64,000 bases of DNA from an uncultured delta proteobacterium. GTDB taxonomy: Bacteria; Desulfobacterota; Syntrophorhabdia; Syntrophorhabdales; WCHB1-27. The position numbers were made by a program, and so were the translations under genes. The DNA is taken from contig CAWEPK010000005.1 in assembly GCA_963810935.1 (NCBI GenBank), positions 288,001 through 352,000 on the forward strand. The letters run 5' to 3'. A model generated the notes under the pieces. It was not told the origin of the DNA and did no database searches. It was given only the letters and a program-made list of their open reading frames with translations. The stretch's first letter is position 1. Every line of letters begins with the position of its first letter. Shown here one piece after another: positions 1 through 10,994 of the stretch.

Positions 1-1
1 C

Positions 2-331
2 TCCGACATGACCGCCGCTGACATAGGCAGCTCCCGGTTCTTCCGCGCAGACCTCTACTGCGCAAAGATGAGGAACGCAAAGGCGACGGGCGCAGACTTT
101 CTGAAGGCGAACCTCAGTCAGGCGGACATGACCGAGGCGGATATGAACGGGGCCAACTTTACCGAAACGGACATGAACCTCGCGGACATGACGAGCGCCG
201 ATTTCACGAACGCGATTCTTTTCCGCGCCATCCTTTCGCGGGCAGTGCTGACTAATACCATATTCACCGGCGCGACCTGGACGGACGGCAGGATATTCAG
301 GTCCGCGTCATCATACAAGCCAGGCAGGTAG
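2..331 (+). CDS. Pentapeptide repeat protein, C-terminal part (5' end probably outside window)
   Basis: Tandem A(D/N)(L/F/M)xx repeats and a terminal GATWTDG motif. Confidence 0.85.
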   Translation, partial: SDMTAADIGSSRFFRADLYCAKMRNAKATGADFLKANLSQADMTEADMNGANFTETDMNLADMTSADFTNAILFRAILSRAVLTNTIFTGATWTDGRIFRSASSYKPGR

Positions 332-356
332 AGGCATCCCGACCGAAAAGCCGGGC

Positions 357-884
357 CTACCACCACGCGTACGGAGGGCCTTCCCAACCGTACGGTTCCC
401 AATAGGACGGATAGGGATAGTAAGGATAGGAGTACGCGTAGCGTAAATCTCTCTCCAGGCTCACCCGGACTATCGTAAATACGGGAAAGACGTATTCCAT
501 CTCACCCACCTTGCCCCTTGCGGTACCCGTAAAGACGCCCGCTATGGTGACGTTCCTGTTTCTCTTGTAAACAAGCGGGTCGAGTAGGCCCTTGTCCTTC
601 GGGTAGACCGCCAGGTAGCGTCTTGACGAGGCGTGCATCGGCTCCGGATAGCCCCTGGAATCGACGGGCGCGTAAAGCGCCTCGATCTCGGACCCCTCCG
701 GCAGCAGCTTGGTCTCGGCGATCACTCCACCCAGGATGAAGAGCTTATTCCGGTACATGTCCGGGTTTTGAATGAGCGACCCGAGGTCCGGGTTTCTCGT
801 ACCTTCCTCTATCAAGTCTTTTTGGACCGCGTAAGTACAGGAAACAAGAAGCAGAAGGAGCAATAACACAGCAAGCCGTTTCAT
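357..884 (-). CDS. Slp-family outer membrane lipoprotein
   Basis: Lipobox LLVSC; GGVI, GLLDPLVY..RNVTIAG and EYVFP motifs; Tyr/Pro-rich C-terminus. Confidence 0.8.
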   Translation of the reverse strand: MKRLAVLLLLLLLVSCTYAVQKDLIEEGTRNPDLGSLIQNPDMYRNKLFILGGVIAETKLLPEGSEIEALYAPVDSRGYPEPMHASSRRYLAVYPKDKGLLDPLVYKRNRNVTIAGVFTGTARGKVGEMEYVFPVFTIVRVSLERDLRYAYSYPYYPYPSYWEPYGWEGPPYAWW

Positions 885-1256
885 AGTTGCCACCTCTTTC
901 CCGGTCGTTTTCGATTATCCCGTAGGGACCTATTTAATTTTTATACGGAAGATGAAAAAATCAAGGTTGTTATGAAAGGTTGCGGCCGTCCCGGCGGTTT
1001 ATGCGTGGAGGCCGGGTTCTCGGCTTATATTTGGTATCCGTCGTATCGAATAAACTATGTCTTTCGGATTGTTTCCTTCCGGGCATCTTCCCCATTCTAC
1101 CATCGACCACTGCAAAATCAACGTGAATTCATCGTTTTTCGGGCCATGGGCCATAGTTGAACGAAAATGGCCGGGAAATGCACGCATCATGACCCTGAAA
1201 GTCCGAAGAGCGAACTGCCGCGTATATCGCTGGGGAAGTGGGAACTGTCGCTGGAT

Positions 1257-1284
1257 AAAAAAGGGATGCGTAGGACCGCATCCC
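1257..1284 (-). terminator. Rho-independent terminator after tRNA-Leu
   Basis: Minus strand GGGATGCG-gtccta-CGCATCCC followed by TTTTTT. Confidence 0.85.
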
Positions 1285-1296
1285 GTTTATGAACTA

Positions 1297-1382
1297 TGGT
1301 GCCGACGGCGGGACTCGAACCCGCACGGGTCTCCCCGCCACCCCCTCAAGATGGTGTGTCTACCAAATTCCACCACATCGGC
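1297..1382 (-). tRNA. tRNA-Leu(GAG)
   Basis: Cloverleaf with long variable arm, anticodon loop TT-GAG-GG, GTTCGAGTCC T-arm, encoded CCA; typical position after secG. Confidence 0.95.
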
Positions 1383-1390
1383 ACGCGCAT

Positions 1391-1693
1391 TTATTTCGCC
1401 TTGGCAGGCAGCTTTTCTTCTACCGGGACCGGCACGGTCGTCGTCCTCGACGACACGGTCCGGCCGCTTGTGTACATAAGGGCAAGCACGAGGCTCGTAA
1501 GCATAAATACGATAACGACAACCGTTGTGACCCTCGTCATGAAGCCCGATGTGCCCGAGCTGCCGAAAAGCGTCTGGCTCGCCCCGCTTCCGAATGCTGC
1601 GCCTATCTCGGACCCCCGTCCCGTCTGCAAAAGGACGATGAGGATAAGGGCAATGGCGGCCAGTATATGTATAATAGCTATTGCTGTAGTCAT
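1391..1693 (-). CDS. secG: Preprotein translocase subunit SecG
   Basis: LIVLLQTGRG..IGAAFGSGASQTLFGSSG, two TM helices; follows tpiA. Confidence 0.95.
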   Translation of the reverse strand: MTTAIAIIHILAAIALILIVLLQTGRGSEIGAAFGSGASQTLFGSSGTSGFMTRVTTVVVIVFMLTSLVLALMYTSGRTVSSRTTTVPVPVEEKLPAKAK

Positions 1694-2448
1694 CTCTGTT
1701 TATCCGAAACGGTTCTTATTATACCGATAAAGCTCTCGGATTTCAAGGATGCACCCCCAATTAGCGCCCCGTCTATATCTTCCATTGCGAAAAGCTCGCC
1801 GACATTGTCGGGCGTGACGCTCCCCCCGTACAGGACCCTGGCCGCTTTCGCCGCGTCCCCGTAGTTTTGCGCGAGGAGCCCCCTTATAAAGGCATGGACC
1901 GCCTGGGCCTGAACGGGCGTAGCGTTCTTGCCCGTCCCTATCGCCCATACGGGCTCGTAGGCTATCGTCACGTCGTCCAGGCTCCCGACCCCGGAGAGGC
2001 CGGCCTTCACCTGCCTGCCGACCACGAACTCGGTGATGCCCTTCTCCTGCTCTGCCTCCGTCTCGCCCACGCACAATATCGCCTTCAGCCCGGCCGCCAG
2101 CGCCTTCTTCACCTTGGCGTTCACGGTCTCGTCCGTTTCGTGGAAGTATTTCCTCCGCTCGGAATGGCCGATGATGACGTACGTGCAGCCCGCGTCCTTG
2201 AGCATCGCGGGCGCTATCTCTCCCGTATAGGCGCCTTTATCTTCGTAAAAGACGTTCTGGGCCGCAAGGGAGACGCGGCTTCCCTTTATAACTTCATAGA
2301 CTGCGGAAAGTGCCGTGAAAACAGGGGCGAGCACGATATCGCCCCCCGTCACGTTTGTCGTGCCTGCGACTATGGCGCCGGCCAGCGCGGCCGATTCCGC
2401 TATCGTGTTGTGCATCTTCCAGTTCCCTGCAAGCATCCATTGTCTCAT
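1690..2448 (-). CDS. tpiA: Triosephosphate isomerase
   Basis: AGNWKM, IIGHSERR, AYEPVWAIGTG, LYGGSV. Confidence 0.98.
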   Translation of the reverse strand: MRQWMLAGNWKMHNTIAESAALAGAIVAGTTNVTGGDIVLAPVFTALSAVYEVIKGSRVSLAAQNVFYEDKGAYTGEIAPAMLKDAGCTYVIIGHSERRKYFHETDETVNAKVKKALAAGLKAILCVGETEAEQEKGITEFVVGRQVKAGLSGVGSLDDVTIAYEPVWAIGTGKNATPVQAQAVHAFIRGLLAQNYGDAAKAARVLYGGSVTPDNVGELFAMEDIDGALIGGASLKSESFIGIIRTVSDKQR

Positions 2449-3638
2449 CGCTTGCCTCCGCAGGTCTCCAGGGCCTCGACCGCCGGCATGGTCTTGCCTT
2501 CGAGCAGCTCGAGGAACGCGCCCCCGCCGGTCGATATGTACGATATCCTGTGCGCCTCTCCCGCCTTATGTATGGCCGTGTCCGTGTCTCCGCCCCCTAC
2601 GATGCTAAGCGCGTGGGCGTTCGCCACGAAGTTTACGAGACCGTACGTGCCCCTGCTGAAGCTGTCGATCTCGAAGACCCCCATCGGGCCGTTCCAGACG
2701 ATGGTCTTCGCGTCGTATAAGGCCTCGCCGAACAATGTGGTCGTGGCGGGGCCTATATCGAGGGCCATCCAGTCGGCAGGGATCTCCTGCACGGGCACAT
2801 ATTTAGTCTCCGCGTCCGCCGTTATTTTCTCCGCTATGACGCAGTCGATCGGCAGATAGAGCCTGACCTTTTTCTCCGCTGCGAGGGCCATGATCTTCTT
2901 TGCGGTATCAAGCATGTCCGTTTCGCAGAGAGATTTGCCTACCTCGTGGCCGAGTGCCTTCAGAAAAGTGAAGGCCATGCCGCCGCCGATGATGAGCTTG
3001 TCTACCTTTTCCGTCAGCCTTTCGAGCACGGCTATCTTGTCGGAGACCTTCGCCCCGCCGATGATGGCGACGAGCGGCCTGACGGGGTTATCCGTGGCCC
3101 GCTTGAGGTAGTCAAGCTCCGATTCCAGCAGCAGGCCCACTGCGCAGTCCGCCACGTAGTTGGTTATGCCCGCGTTCGAAGCGTGCCCCCGGTGGGCGAC
3201 CGCGAACGCGTCGTCTACGTAGACGTCGCACAGCCGCGCCAGTTGCTCCGCGAAGCCTGCGTCGTTCTTCTCTTCTTCAGCGTGAAACCGCAGGTTCTCG
3301 AGGAGCAGGACGTCGCCGTCCTTCATGGCCGCCACCGCCTTTTCGGCCTCCGGGCCTATGCATTCGTCGGCAAAGGCGACGTTCTTGCCGAGCAGCTCCG
3401 ACAGCCTGGCGGCCGCCGGCTTCAGGGAGAATTTCTCCGCCCTCTTGCCTTTAGGCCGCCCCAGGTGCGAGGCGAGGATCGCCTTCCCCCCGTTGCCCGT
3501 AACATAATTTATCGTGGGGAGGTGCGCCTTTATCCTCGTATCGTCCGTAATGTGCCCCTGGTCGTCCATGGGCACGTTGAAATCAACGCGAATGAATACT
3601 TTTTTTCCGCGAACAGCAAGGTCTCTCACTGATTTCAT
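2445..3638 (-). CDS. pgk: Phosphoglycerate kinase
   Basis: RVDFNVP, SHLGRP, GGAKVSDK, WNGPMGVFE, STGGGA. Confidence 0.98.
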   Translation of the reverse strand: MKSVRDLAVRGKKVFIRVDFNVPMDDQGHITDDTRIKAHLPTINYVTGNGGKAILASHLGRPKGKRAEKFSLKPAAARLSELLGKNVAFADECIGPEAEKAVAAMKDGDVLLLENLRFHAEEEKNDAGFAEQLARLCDVYVDDAFAVAHRGHASNAGITNYVADCAVGLLLESELDYLKRATDNPVRPLVAIIGGAKVSDKIAVLERLTEKVDKLIIGGGMAFTFLKALGHEVGKSLCETDMLDTAKKIMALAAEKKVRLYLPIDCVIAEKITADAETKYVPVQEIPADWMALDIGPATTTLFGEALYDAKTIVWNGPMGVFEIDSFSRGTYGLVNFVANAHALSIVGGGDTDTAIHKAGEAHRISYISTGGGAFLELLEGKTMPAVEALETCGGKR

Positions 3639-3672
3639 GGCTTCTCCCTGAAGTAACGCCAGTCCGAATCGA

Positions 3673-4680
<1,008 letters not shown>

Positions 4681-4723
4681 CTAAAAATGTGGTTAAAGTA
4701 GTAGCGGAAGCTCTCCCGCCCCG

Positions 4724-5251
4724 TCAAACAGCTTCTTTGCGAAAAAACGCGGTCCAGCCTGCAAAAACGTACTGTATGCCCGATATGGCAGTCAAGAGGG
4801 CAGTTGTGTAAAAAAAGAACAAATCGAAGCTCCAGCCCGCAAAGGCCAGAATATATACAATTGTCAGCATCTGGAAGACGGTGGTCATCTTGCTTACGAG
4901 GCTCGGCGCGGGACCCACGGTCAGCCCCCTCTTCCATAATATAAGAAATCCGATTGAGATGACAAGGTCGCGCAGGAAGACGACGGCGAGCAGCCAGAAC
5001 GGCAATAGCCCCTGAACGCAGAGCACGATATAGGACGAGGCGAGCATTACCTTGTCGGCCGCTGGGTCGAGGTAAGCGCCCAGGTTCGTCTTTGCGCCCA
5101 TGCGCCTGGCGAAGAATCCGTCTAAAAGGTCGCTCAGGGCCTGCATTACGAAGAGGATGAGTGCAAGGAGGAACTGCTCGTAGGCGACCAGCAATATGAA
5201 AAAGGCGGTGACAAATAGGCGGAACAGAGATAGAAGGTTTGGAAGGTTCAT
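4724..5251 (-). CDS. CDP-alcohol phosphatidyltransferase (PgsA/cardiolipin synthase-like)
   Basis: [26 protein letters not shown] signature. Confidence 0.9.
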   Translation of the reverse strand: MNLPNLLSLFRLFVTAFFILLVAYEQFLLALILFVMQALSDLLDGFFARRMGAKTNLGAYLDPAADKVMLASSYIVLCVQGLLPFWLLAVVFLRDLVISIGFLILWKRGLTVGPAPSLVSKMTTVFQMLTIVYILAFAGWSFDLFFFYTTALLTAISGIQYVFAGWTAFFRKEAV

Positions 5252-6604
5252 TCTCTGTAAAGGTTTTTAAAGGTCGTATAAGCCGAAACGAAGGCAGTCT
5301 CGATCTCGCCCGTCGGCCCGTTCCGCTGCTTTCCTATTATTATCTCCGCAACACCCTTCCGCTCGGAGTTCCTGTTATAGACCTCGTCGCGATAGATAAA
5401 GATAATGACGTCCGCGTCCTGCTCGATTGCGCCCGACTCACGCAAATCCGCCAGGCGCGGCCGCTTGTCTTCTCTTTGCTCGACCATCCTGTTGAGCTGC
5501 GATATCGCCACTACCGGGATATTCAGCTCTTTTGCCAGTGCCTTGAGGGACCGCGATATCTCCGATATCTCCTGTTCCCTCCGGTCTAAGCTGCTGGTCC
5601 TGCCGCGCATGAGCTGGAGGTAGTCGATTACGAGCATCCCCAGGCCGTGCTCCTTTTTCAGGCGCCTTGCCCTTGCCCGCAGCTCCAGGATGCTTAAGGC
5701 CGGCGTATCGTCTATGTAAATGGGCGCCGTGTAGAGCCTTCCGGCAGCAGTCCCTATCTGGTGCCATTCCGTGTCTTTGATCGCGCCCGAGCGGAGCTTG
5801 GAGAACTCGACTTCCGCTTCCGAGCTTAAGAGCCTCATGACGAGCTGCTCTTTCGACATTTCCAGCGAAAAGACCCCAACCGGGAGCCCGCCTTCCGAAA
5901 GGCCCACGTGCTGGGCTATGTTGAGGCAAAAAGCGGTCTTCCCCATGCTGGGCCTGCCTGCGACTATGATAAGGTCGGAGGGCTGGAAGCCGCTCGTCAT
6001 CTTGTCGAGGCTCGGTGAAGCCCGTAGGCACGCCCGTGACCGCCAGCTTCTTCTCGGAGAGCTTCTCGATCACCTTCATGTTATCCATCACCAGGTCCTT
6101 GATGGAATAGAACGAAGGCTTGTATTTCTTCTCAGCTATCTGGAATATGAGTTGTTCGGCCTCGTCGATGTAGCCGTCTACGTTTGCCTCGACTCCATAG
6201 CCCCTTTCGACAATCTCCGTCGCGGTATGCATGAGGTTACGCAAGAGCGCCTTCTCCCTCACCATCTTCGCGTACTGGACTATGTTGGCCGACGTGGGCA
6301 TGGCGTCCACCATGCGGCTAAGGTTCGCCACGCCCCCCATTTTTTCGACGACGCCCCTGTCCCGGGCCAAGCTGGTCACGGTGACAAGGTCGATCGGCTC
6401 GTTCCTCTCGTAAAGATCGAGAATCACTTGGAAAATGGTCCTGTGGTCTTCCCTGTAGAAGTCGTCCACGTCGACGACGTCCACTATCTTGTTGAGGGCC
6501 TCCGAGTCGACCAGGATGCCGCCAAGAACCGACTGCTCCGCGTCGAGGTTCTGGGGCGGTATGCGGCCCTTGCTCTCAACAGCGATTTTGGCGACCCTTG
6601 CCAT
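5248..6604 (-). CDS. dnaB: Replicative DNA helicase DnaB (apparent +1 frameshift at 6009-6010, probably a sequence error)
   Basis: [14 protein letters not shown]-terminus; [26 protein letters not shown] in the second frame; removing one base restores GFTELDKMTSG. Confidence 0.95.
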
Positions 6605-7054
6605 TTACTCTTCTTCGATTTCCAGCTTCACCTGGGCTATGACGCCTTTTTCGAGATGCGCCTCGACCGTATAGGCGCCCGTCATCTTTATAGGCTCGTT
6701 TATGGTGAGCATCCTGCGGTCCAGGTCGAAATCGAGCGCCTTCTTCATCGCCTCGGCAATCTCTTTGGCGGTCACGGAGCCGAAAAGCTTCCCCTCCACG
6801 CCCGTTTTCTTCTTGATAACGATGGGAGGCGCCTCTTCGAGCTGCTTCTTAACGTTCTCGGCAGTCTTGACGTCCTTTTCCCTCTTACCCATGATGACGC
6901 GCGCCTGGTCCTGGACCTTCTTCATGGCGCCGTGCGTCGCCGGTATGGCAAAACCTTTGGGCACAAGAAAATTCCGTCCGTAGCCGTCCCGTACCTCGCG
7001 CGTCTCGCCCTTCTTGCCTACCCCGTCTACGTCGTCGATCAGTATGACCTTCAT
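6605..7054 (-). CDS. rplI: 50S ribosomal protein L9
   Basis: MKVIL..GYGRNFL, GKLFGSVT. Confidence 0.97.
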   Translation of the reverse strand: MKVILIDDVDGVGKKGETREVRDGYGRNFLVPKGFAIPATHGAMKKVQDQARVIMGKREKDVKTAENVKKQLEEAPPIVIKKKTGVEGKLFGSVTAKEIAEAMKKALDFDLDRRMLTINEPIKMTGAYTVEAHLEKGVIAQVKLEIEEE

Positions 7055-7067
7055 CGCTTGCTACCTC

Positions 7068-7319
7068 CTATCGCGTCACGGTGGTAAAGGGCAGAAGCGC
7101 AATGTGCCGGGCTTTCTTGATTTCTTCCCGCAGCTTCCTCTGGTGGTTCGCGCAAGTCCCCGTCATCCTCCGCGGCATGATCTTGCCGCGCTCGGTAACG
7201 AAATGTTTAAGGAGCTTCGGGTCTTTATAATCTATCTTGATGCTCGCGTCCGTGCAAAACCGGCAGACACGCTTCCTCACGTAGACGCGCTTTTTTCCGG
7301 AATCCTGCATCCTCGGCAT
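7068..7319 (-). CDS. rpsR: 30S ribosomal protein S18
   Basis: [29 protein letters not shown]. Confidence 0.97.
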   Translation of the reverse strand: MPRMQDSGKKRVYVRKRVCRFCTDASIKIDYKDPKLLKHFVTERGKIMPRRMTGTCANHQRKLREEIKKARHIALLPFTTVTR

Positions 7320-7589
7320 TTATTCCTCCATCCATAAAATTTTACTGGCCTTTACTCTCAAAACATCACGGGACTTGAGCCGCGTCCTGATCAGCTCACC
7401 CGAAACGAGCACACCGCCCCCCAGCGCATCGTCCACTTTGCCTGGAAAGACCTCGCCCGAGCCTATCACCTCCACGCTGAACGCGCCTTCGTCTACCCAC
7501 AGCGGGAAAGTGACGACCCTTCGGCCCTTGGGGGTGTATGCCACTTCCGGTCTTTTTCTTATCTTCCCTGAGAGGAAGACTCTATTCAC
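7320..7589 (-). CDS. Short OB-fold ssDNA-binding protein (SSB/PriB-like, no acidic tail)
   Basis: MNRVFLSG..PEVAYTPKG..VLVSGEL pattern; located between rpsF and rpsR. Confidence 0.75.
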   Translation of the reverse strand: MNRVFLSGKIRKRPEVAYTPKGRRVVTFPLWVDEGAFSVEVIGSGEVFPGKVDDALGGGVLVSGELIRTRLKSRDVLRVKASKILWMEE

Positions 7590-7939
7590 TATGCCTCGCC
7601 CTCCAGCTCATCGAAGACGACCGGGTCCGGTGGCTTTTCCAGGCCCTTGTCCTTCTCGTCGACGACGACGAAAAGGTGCCTGAGAATAAGGTCCATCGTC
7701 CGATAGAATTTGTCCAGTACCACCACGGTCGATTCATCCATGTTAAGGAGCAGGAAGAAATAGTGCCCCCTGTCCTTCTTCTTGATCGGATAGGCGAGCT
7801 TCCGCACGCCCCAGTCATCGACCTTGATTGTCTCCGCGCCCAGCTTCTCGATGTTTGCCTGCACCCTGCGGAGCAACTCGTCTTCGTCCTCTTTGGTACA
7901 GTCGGGCGCAACGATTAGGATATTTTCGTACCTTCTCAC
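7589..7939 (-). CDS. rpsF: 30S ribosomal protein S6
   Basis: MRRYE, WGVRKLAYPIKK, ILRH. Confidence 0.95.
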   Translation of the reverse strand: MRRYENILIVAPDCTKEDEDELLRRVQANIEKLGAETIKVDDWGVRKLAYPIKKKDRGHYFFLLLNMDESTVVVLDKFYRTMDLILRHLFVVVDEKDKGLEKPPDPVVFDELEGEA

Positions 7940-8256
7940 GCCTGTTCTCCTTTCACGTAATCTACTACCGCGCTCCTGGAGACCTTTACCCTGACCTTTT
8001 CGGCTATTTCGATGGTAATTGCCTCGTCGGTGATACCTGTTATTTTACCATACAAACCGCCCGAAGTGATAACCGTATCTCCCTTCTTCAGGTTCTGCAT
8101 AAACTGCTTGTGCTGCTTCGCCCTTTTCTGCTGCGGCCTTATAAGGAGAAAATAGAAGACCGCGAACAGGAGGATAAGCGGGAGGAATGTAAGCATTCCA
8201 CCGCCGGCCGCGCCGCCGCCCGCCTGACTACCCATCGCATGTGCTAGACCCATCAT
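7936..8256 (-). CDS. yajC: Preprotein translocase subunit YajC
   Basis: FYFLLIRPQQKR, LKKGDTVITSGGLYG; follows tgt. Confidence 0.95.
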   Translation of the reverse strand: MMGLAHAMGSQAGGGAAGGGMLTFLPLILLFAVFYFLLIRPQQKRAKQHKQFMQNLKKGDTVITSGGLYGKITGITDEAITIEIAEKVRVKVSRSAVVDYVKGEQA

Positions 8257-9361
8257 ATATCTCACCTCCTTTCCATTCTGATACGAACGTGTTATAGAAC
8301 TCCTCGAATTTTCCTTCCTTTATCGATTCCCTTATGCTTTTCATCAACCCGGTGTAGAAAAACAGGTTGTGGACCGTGTTCAGGTAATAGCTCGTAAGCT
8401 CCCGCGCCATAAAAAGGTGCCGCAGATAGGACCGAGAAAAACGGGAGCAGGTGTAACACCCGCAGGAATCGTCGATCGGGCCCGGGTCGGCCGCGTATTT
8501 TGCGTGCTTTATGTTGATCCTGCCCTTATGCGTGAAAAGGCTCCCGTTCCTTGCGTGGCGCGTGGGGATGACGCAGTCGAACATATCGACGCCTTTTTTA
8601 ACCCCCTCGACTATATCTTCAGGGAAGCCTACGCCCATCAAATAGCGCGGCTTCTCAGGCGGCATCAGGCCGATAATCCCGTCTACCATCTCCCACATGA
8701 CTTCTTTAGGCTCGCCCACGCTAAACCCCCCAAGGGCGTACCCGTCGAAGTCGATTTCCAGAAGGTCGGCCGCAGACTTCTGCCTCAAATCCGCATACAT
8801 CCCACCCTGGACGATGCCGAAAAGCAGCGACGGCGTGCTCTTTGCGGCACGCGACCTCTGCGCCCACCTCGTCGTGCGGTCGACGGAGGCCGCCGTATAG
8901 GGATGGGTGGCCGGGTAGGCGACGCATTCGTCGAGGCACATGCAGACGTCGGCCCCTATGTTTTCCTGCACTTCCACGATCCTCTCCGGGCTGAGGAAGT
9001 GCTTCGAGCCGTCGATGTGCGACTGGAAGGTCACCCCCGCCTCCTCTATTTTGCGCAGGACCCCCAGGCTGAATACCTGGTACCCGCCGCTGTCCGTCAG
9101 GACGGCCCCGTCCCAGCCTGCGAACCGCTGGATGCCGCCCATCTCCTTTATAAGCACGTCCCCCGGCCGGAGGTACAGATGGTACGCGTTCGCAAGTATC
9201 ATCCTGCTGCCCATCTCGGCCAGGTCACGCTGGAGCACCGCCTTTACCGTCCCTTGTGTCCCAACCGGCATGAAAACCGGCGTCTCTACCGGGCCGTGTT
9301 CCGTATTAAGGACGGCCAGCCGTGCCTGCCCGTCGGTTTTCAGAACAGTGAGCGCGCTCAT
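8228..9361 (-). CDS. tgt: Queuine tRNA-ribosyltransferase
   Basis: TPVFMPVGT, TDSGGYQ, GIVQGG, DMFDCV, CxCxxC zinc site. Confidence 0.97.
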   Translation of the reverse strand: MSALTVLKTDGQARLAVLNTEHGPVETPVFMPVGTQGTVKAVLQRDLAEMGSRMILANAYHLYLRPGDVLIKEMGGIQRFAGWDGAVLTDSGGYQVFSLGVLRKIEEAGVTFQSHIDGSKHFLSPERIVEVQENIGADVCMCLDECVAYPATHPYTAASVDRTTRWAQRSRAAKSTPSLLFGIVQGGMYADLRQKSAADLLEIDFDGYALGGFSVGEPKEVMWEMVDGIIGLMPPEKPRYLMGVGFPEDIVEGVKKGVDMFDCVIPTRHARNGSLFTHKGRINIKHAKYAADPGPIDDSCGCYTCSRFSRSYLRHLFMARELTSYYLNTVHNLFFYTGLMKSIRESIKEGKFEEFYNTFVSEWKGGEIYDGSSTCDG

Positions 9362-10371
9362 GAAATAAACATCGCATCACCGTAGCTGTAAAACCGGTAG
9401 CCGCGCTCTACGGCCTCCCTGTATGCTCCTTCTATCGCCTCTTTGCCCGCAAATGCACAGACGAGCATAAGCGGCGTGGAGCGGGAGAGGTGAAAATTGG
9501 TTATCAGGGCATCGACTGCCCGGAAGCGGTAGCCCGGATAGATGAAAAGGTCCGTCACCCCTTCCGTCGCGCCTTTTGCCGGCCCGAACACAGTCTCTAA
9601 GGTCCTGACCGCGCTCGTCCCGACTGCTATAACCCTGCCGCCCGCCTTTTTCGTCCTTTCGACCGCCTCGATGACATCCGGTGAAAGGCAGTAGCGCTCG
9701 CTGTGCATCGCGTGATCCTCGACGTCGGCGCTTTTTATGAGGAAAAAAGTGCCCGTGCCTATGTGGAGCGTGATCCTGGCGATGCCTACCCCCATGGCTT
9801 CGATCTGCCCGAGCAGGGCCTCATCGAAATGGAGCCCCGCGGTCGGTGCTGCTATGGAGCCAACTTTACGCGCGTAGACCGTCTGGTACCGCGCTTCATC
9901 CCCGTTCCTGCCTGCGTCCTTCGCCCGTTTGATATAGCGGGGAAGGGGCATGCGGCCGAAAGCCCCCATAAGGTCTTCGGCACAGGTGCCGTTCGGGAAC
10001 TCGACGGTCCATCCGGCTGCTGCCGGCTCGAGCTCGAGTTGGGTCTCGCCCACGCGCACTTTCTGCGGAGCGCGCTTCAAGCCGGAGACGAGGCAGCTCC
10101 ATTTTTTCGCCTCGACCTTCCCCGTAAGAAGGATATCGACCGCCCCTCCTGTCTCCTTGGTCCCCGTAAGCCGCGCAGGCATGACCTTCGTCTCGTTCAG
10201 CACGATGAGGTCTCCTGCCCTGAGGCAGTCCGTGATCCCGGAAAACCGGCGGTGCCCGACCGTCCCGCTTTGCCTGTCGAGGACAAGGAGGCGAGATGCC
10301 GTGCGCTCTCCCGCCGGGTGCTGGGCGATCAACTCCGGCGGCAATGAATAATCAAATTCTTCGGTCCTCAT
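9358..10371 (-). CDS. queA: SAM:tRNA ribosyltransferase-isomerase
   Basis: LIAQHP, YQTVYA, AAPTAGLHF, TNFH, YRFYSYGDAM. Confidence 0.97.
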   Translation of the reverse strand: MRTEEFDYSLPPELIAQHPAGERTASRLLVLDRQSGTVGHRRFSGITDCLRAGDLIVLNETKVMPARLTGTKETGGAVDILLTGKVEAKKWSCLVSGLKRAPQKVRVGETQLELEPAAAGWTVEFPNGTCAEDLMGAFGRMPLPRYIKRAKDAGRNGDEARYQTVYARKVGSIAAPTAGLHFDEALLGQIEAMGVGIARITLHIGTGTFFLIKSADVEDHAMHSERYCLSPDVIEAVERTKKAGGRVIAVGTSAVRTLETVFGPAKGATEGVTDLFIYPGYRFRAVDALITNFHLSRSTPLMLVCAFAGKEAIEGAYREAVERGYRFYSYGDAMFIS

Positions 10372-10504
10372 ATTACCTGAAAATAAGCTAATCTTATAAC
10401 AGATCGCGTACTCATAAGCAATTTCGGCGGCCTGTTGGAAAAGGGCGCCGCCTGCCGTCCATTATGCCCGGCCGGGCTCGTCTCCTAAGGCCGGTTTCGG
10501 GCTA

Positions 10505-10533
10505 TTGACTTGACCTGTCAATTCCTCTATTAT
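10505..10533 (+). promoter_or_regulatory. Sigma70-type promoter of tRNA-Gly
   Basis: TTGACT-17 nt-TATTAT, 10 nt upstream of the tRNA. Confidence 0.7.
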
Positions 10534-10543
10534 GTTCTTATCA

Positions 10544-10619
10544 GCGGGCATAACTCAGTTGGTAGAGTGCAAGCTTCCCAAGCTTGATGTCGCGGGTTCG
10601 AGCCCCGTTGCCCGCTCCA
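10544..10619 (+). tRNA. tRNA-Gly(CCC)
   Basis: 76-nt cloverleaf, anticodon arm CAAGC-TTCCCAA-GCTTG, GGTTCGAG, CCA end. Confidence 0.96.
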
Positions 10620-10626
10620 TTTTCCC

Positions 10627-10980
10627 TCAAACACGCCCCGCCTTTTCAAGCTCCTTCACCCTTTGGTCAAGAAGCGCGCACCTCTGCGTAAGCTCCTTGT
10701 TGATCTCTTTCATCTTGGATATGGCTATAGAATAATGCATTAGCACGGCTATTATAAAGGCAAAGACGATCGCCGAGACCGCAGTTATGTAATATAGCCC
10801 CGTTATCCGGCTCAGCACGCCTATCAGGCCCGGCCAGAGGCTCAAGACCGCGATTATGGAAGACGTGCACAGCCAGAGGATCGCGTATTCCTCCCTCAGG
10901 TAATTCTTCCTTATGAACTCGAAAGTGAGAGCAAAAGAAACAATACTGATTATCCCGATAAAAAGGCGGATGTGGAGCAT
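10627..10980 (-). CDS. DUF2304-like membrane protein
   Basis: IRKNYLREEYAILW, three TM helices, coiled C-terminus; paired with a GT2. Confidence 0.75.
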   Translation of the reverse strand: MLHIRLFIGIISIVSFALTFEFIRKNYLREEYAILWLCTSSIIAVLSLWPGLIGVLSRITGLYYITAVSAIVFAFIIAVLMHYSIAISKMKEINKELTQRCALLDQRVKELEKAGRV

Positions 10981-10994
10981 CTTCTTAGGTCTCC

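Noticed and set aside
894..1256. Short ORFs between the Slp gene and tRNA-Leu
   Set aside because: No SD, motifs or typical codon usage; treated as intergenic.
5248..6604. dnaB (also rplN, rpsN, grpE, IHF, YgiQ-like) as pseudogenes or programmed frameshifts
   Set aside because: Several are essential, there is no other decay and no slippery sequence, and all share one motif context; sequence error is more parsimonious.
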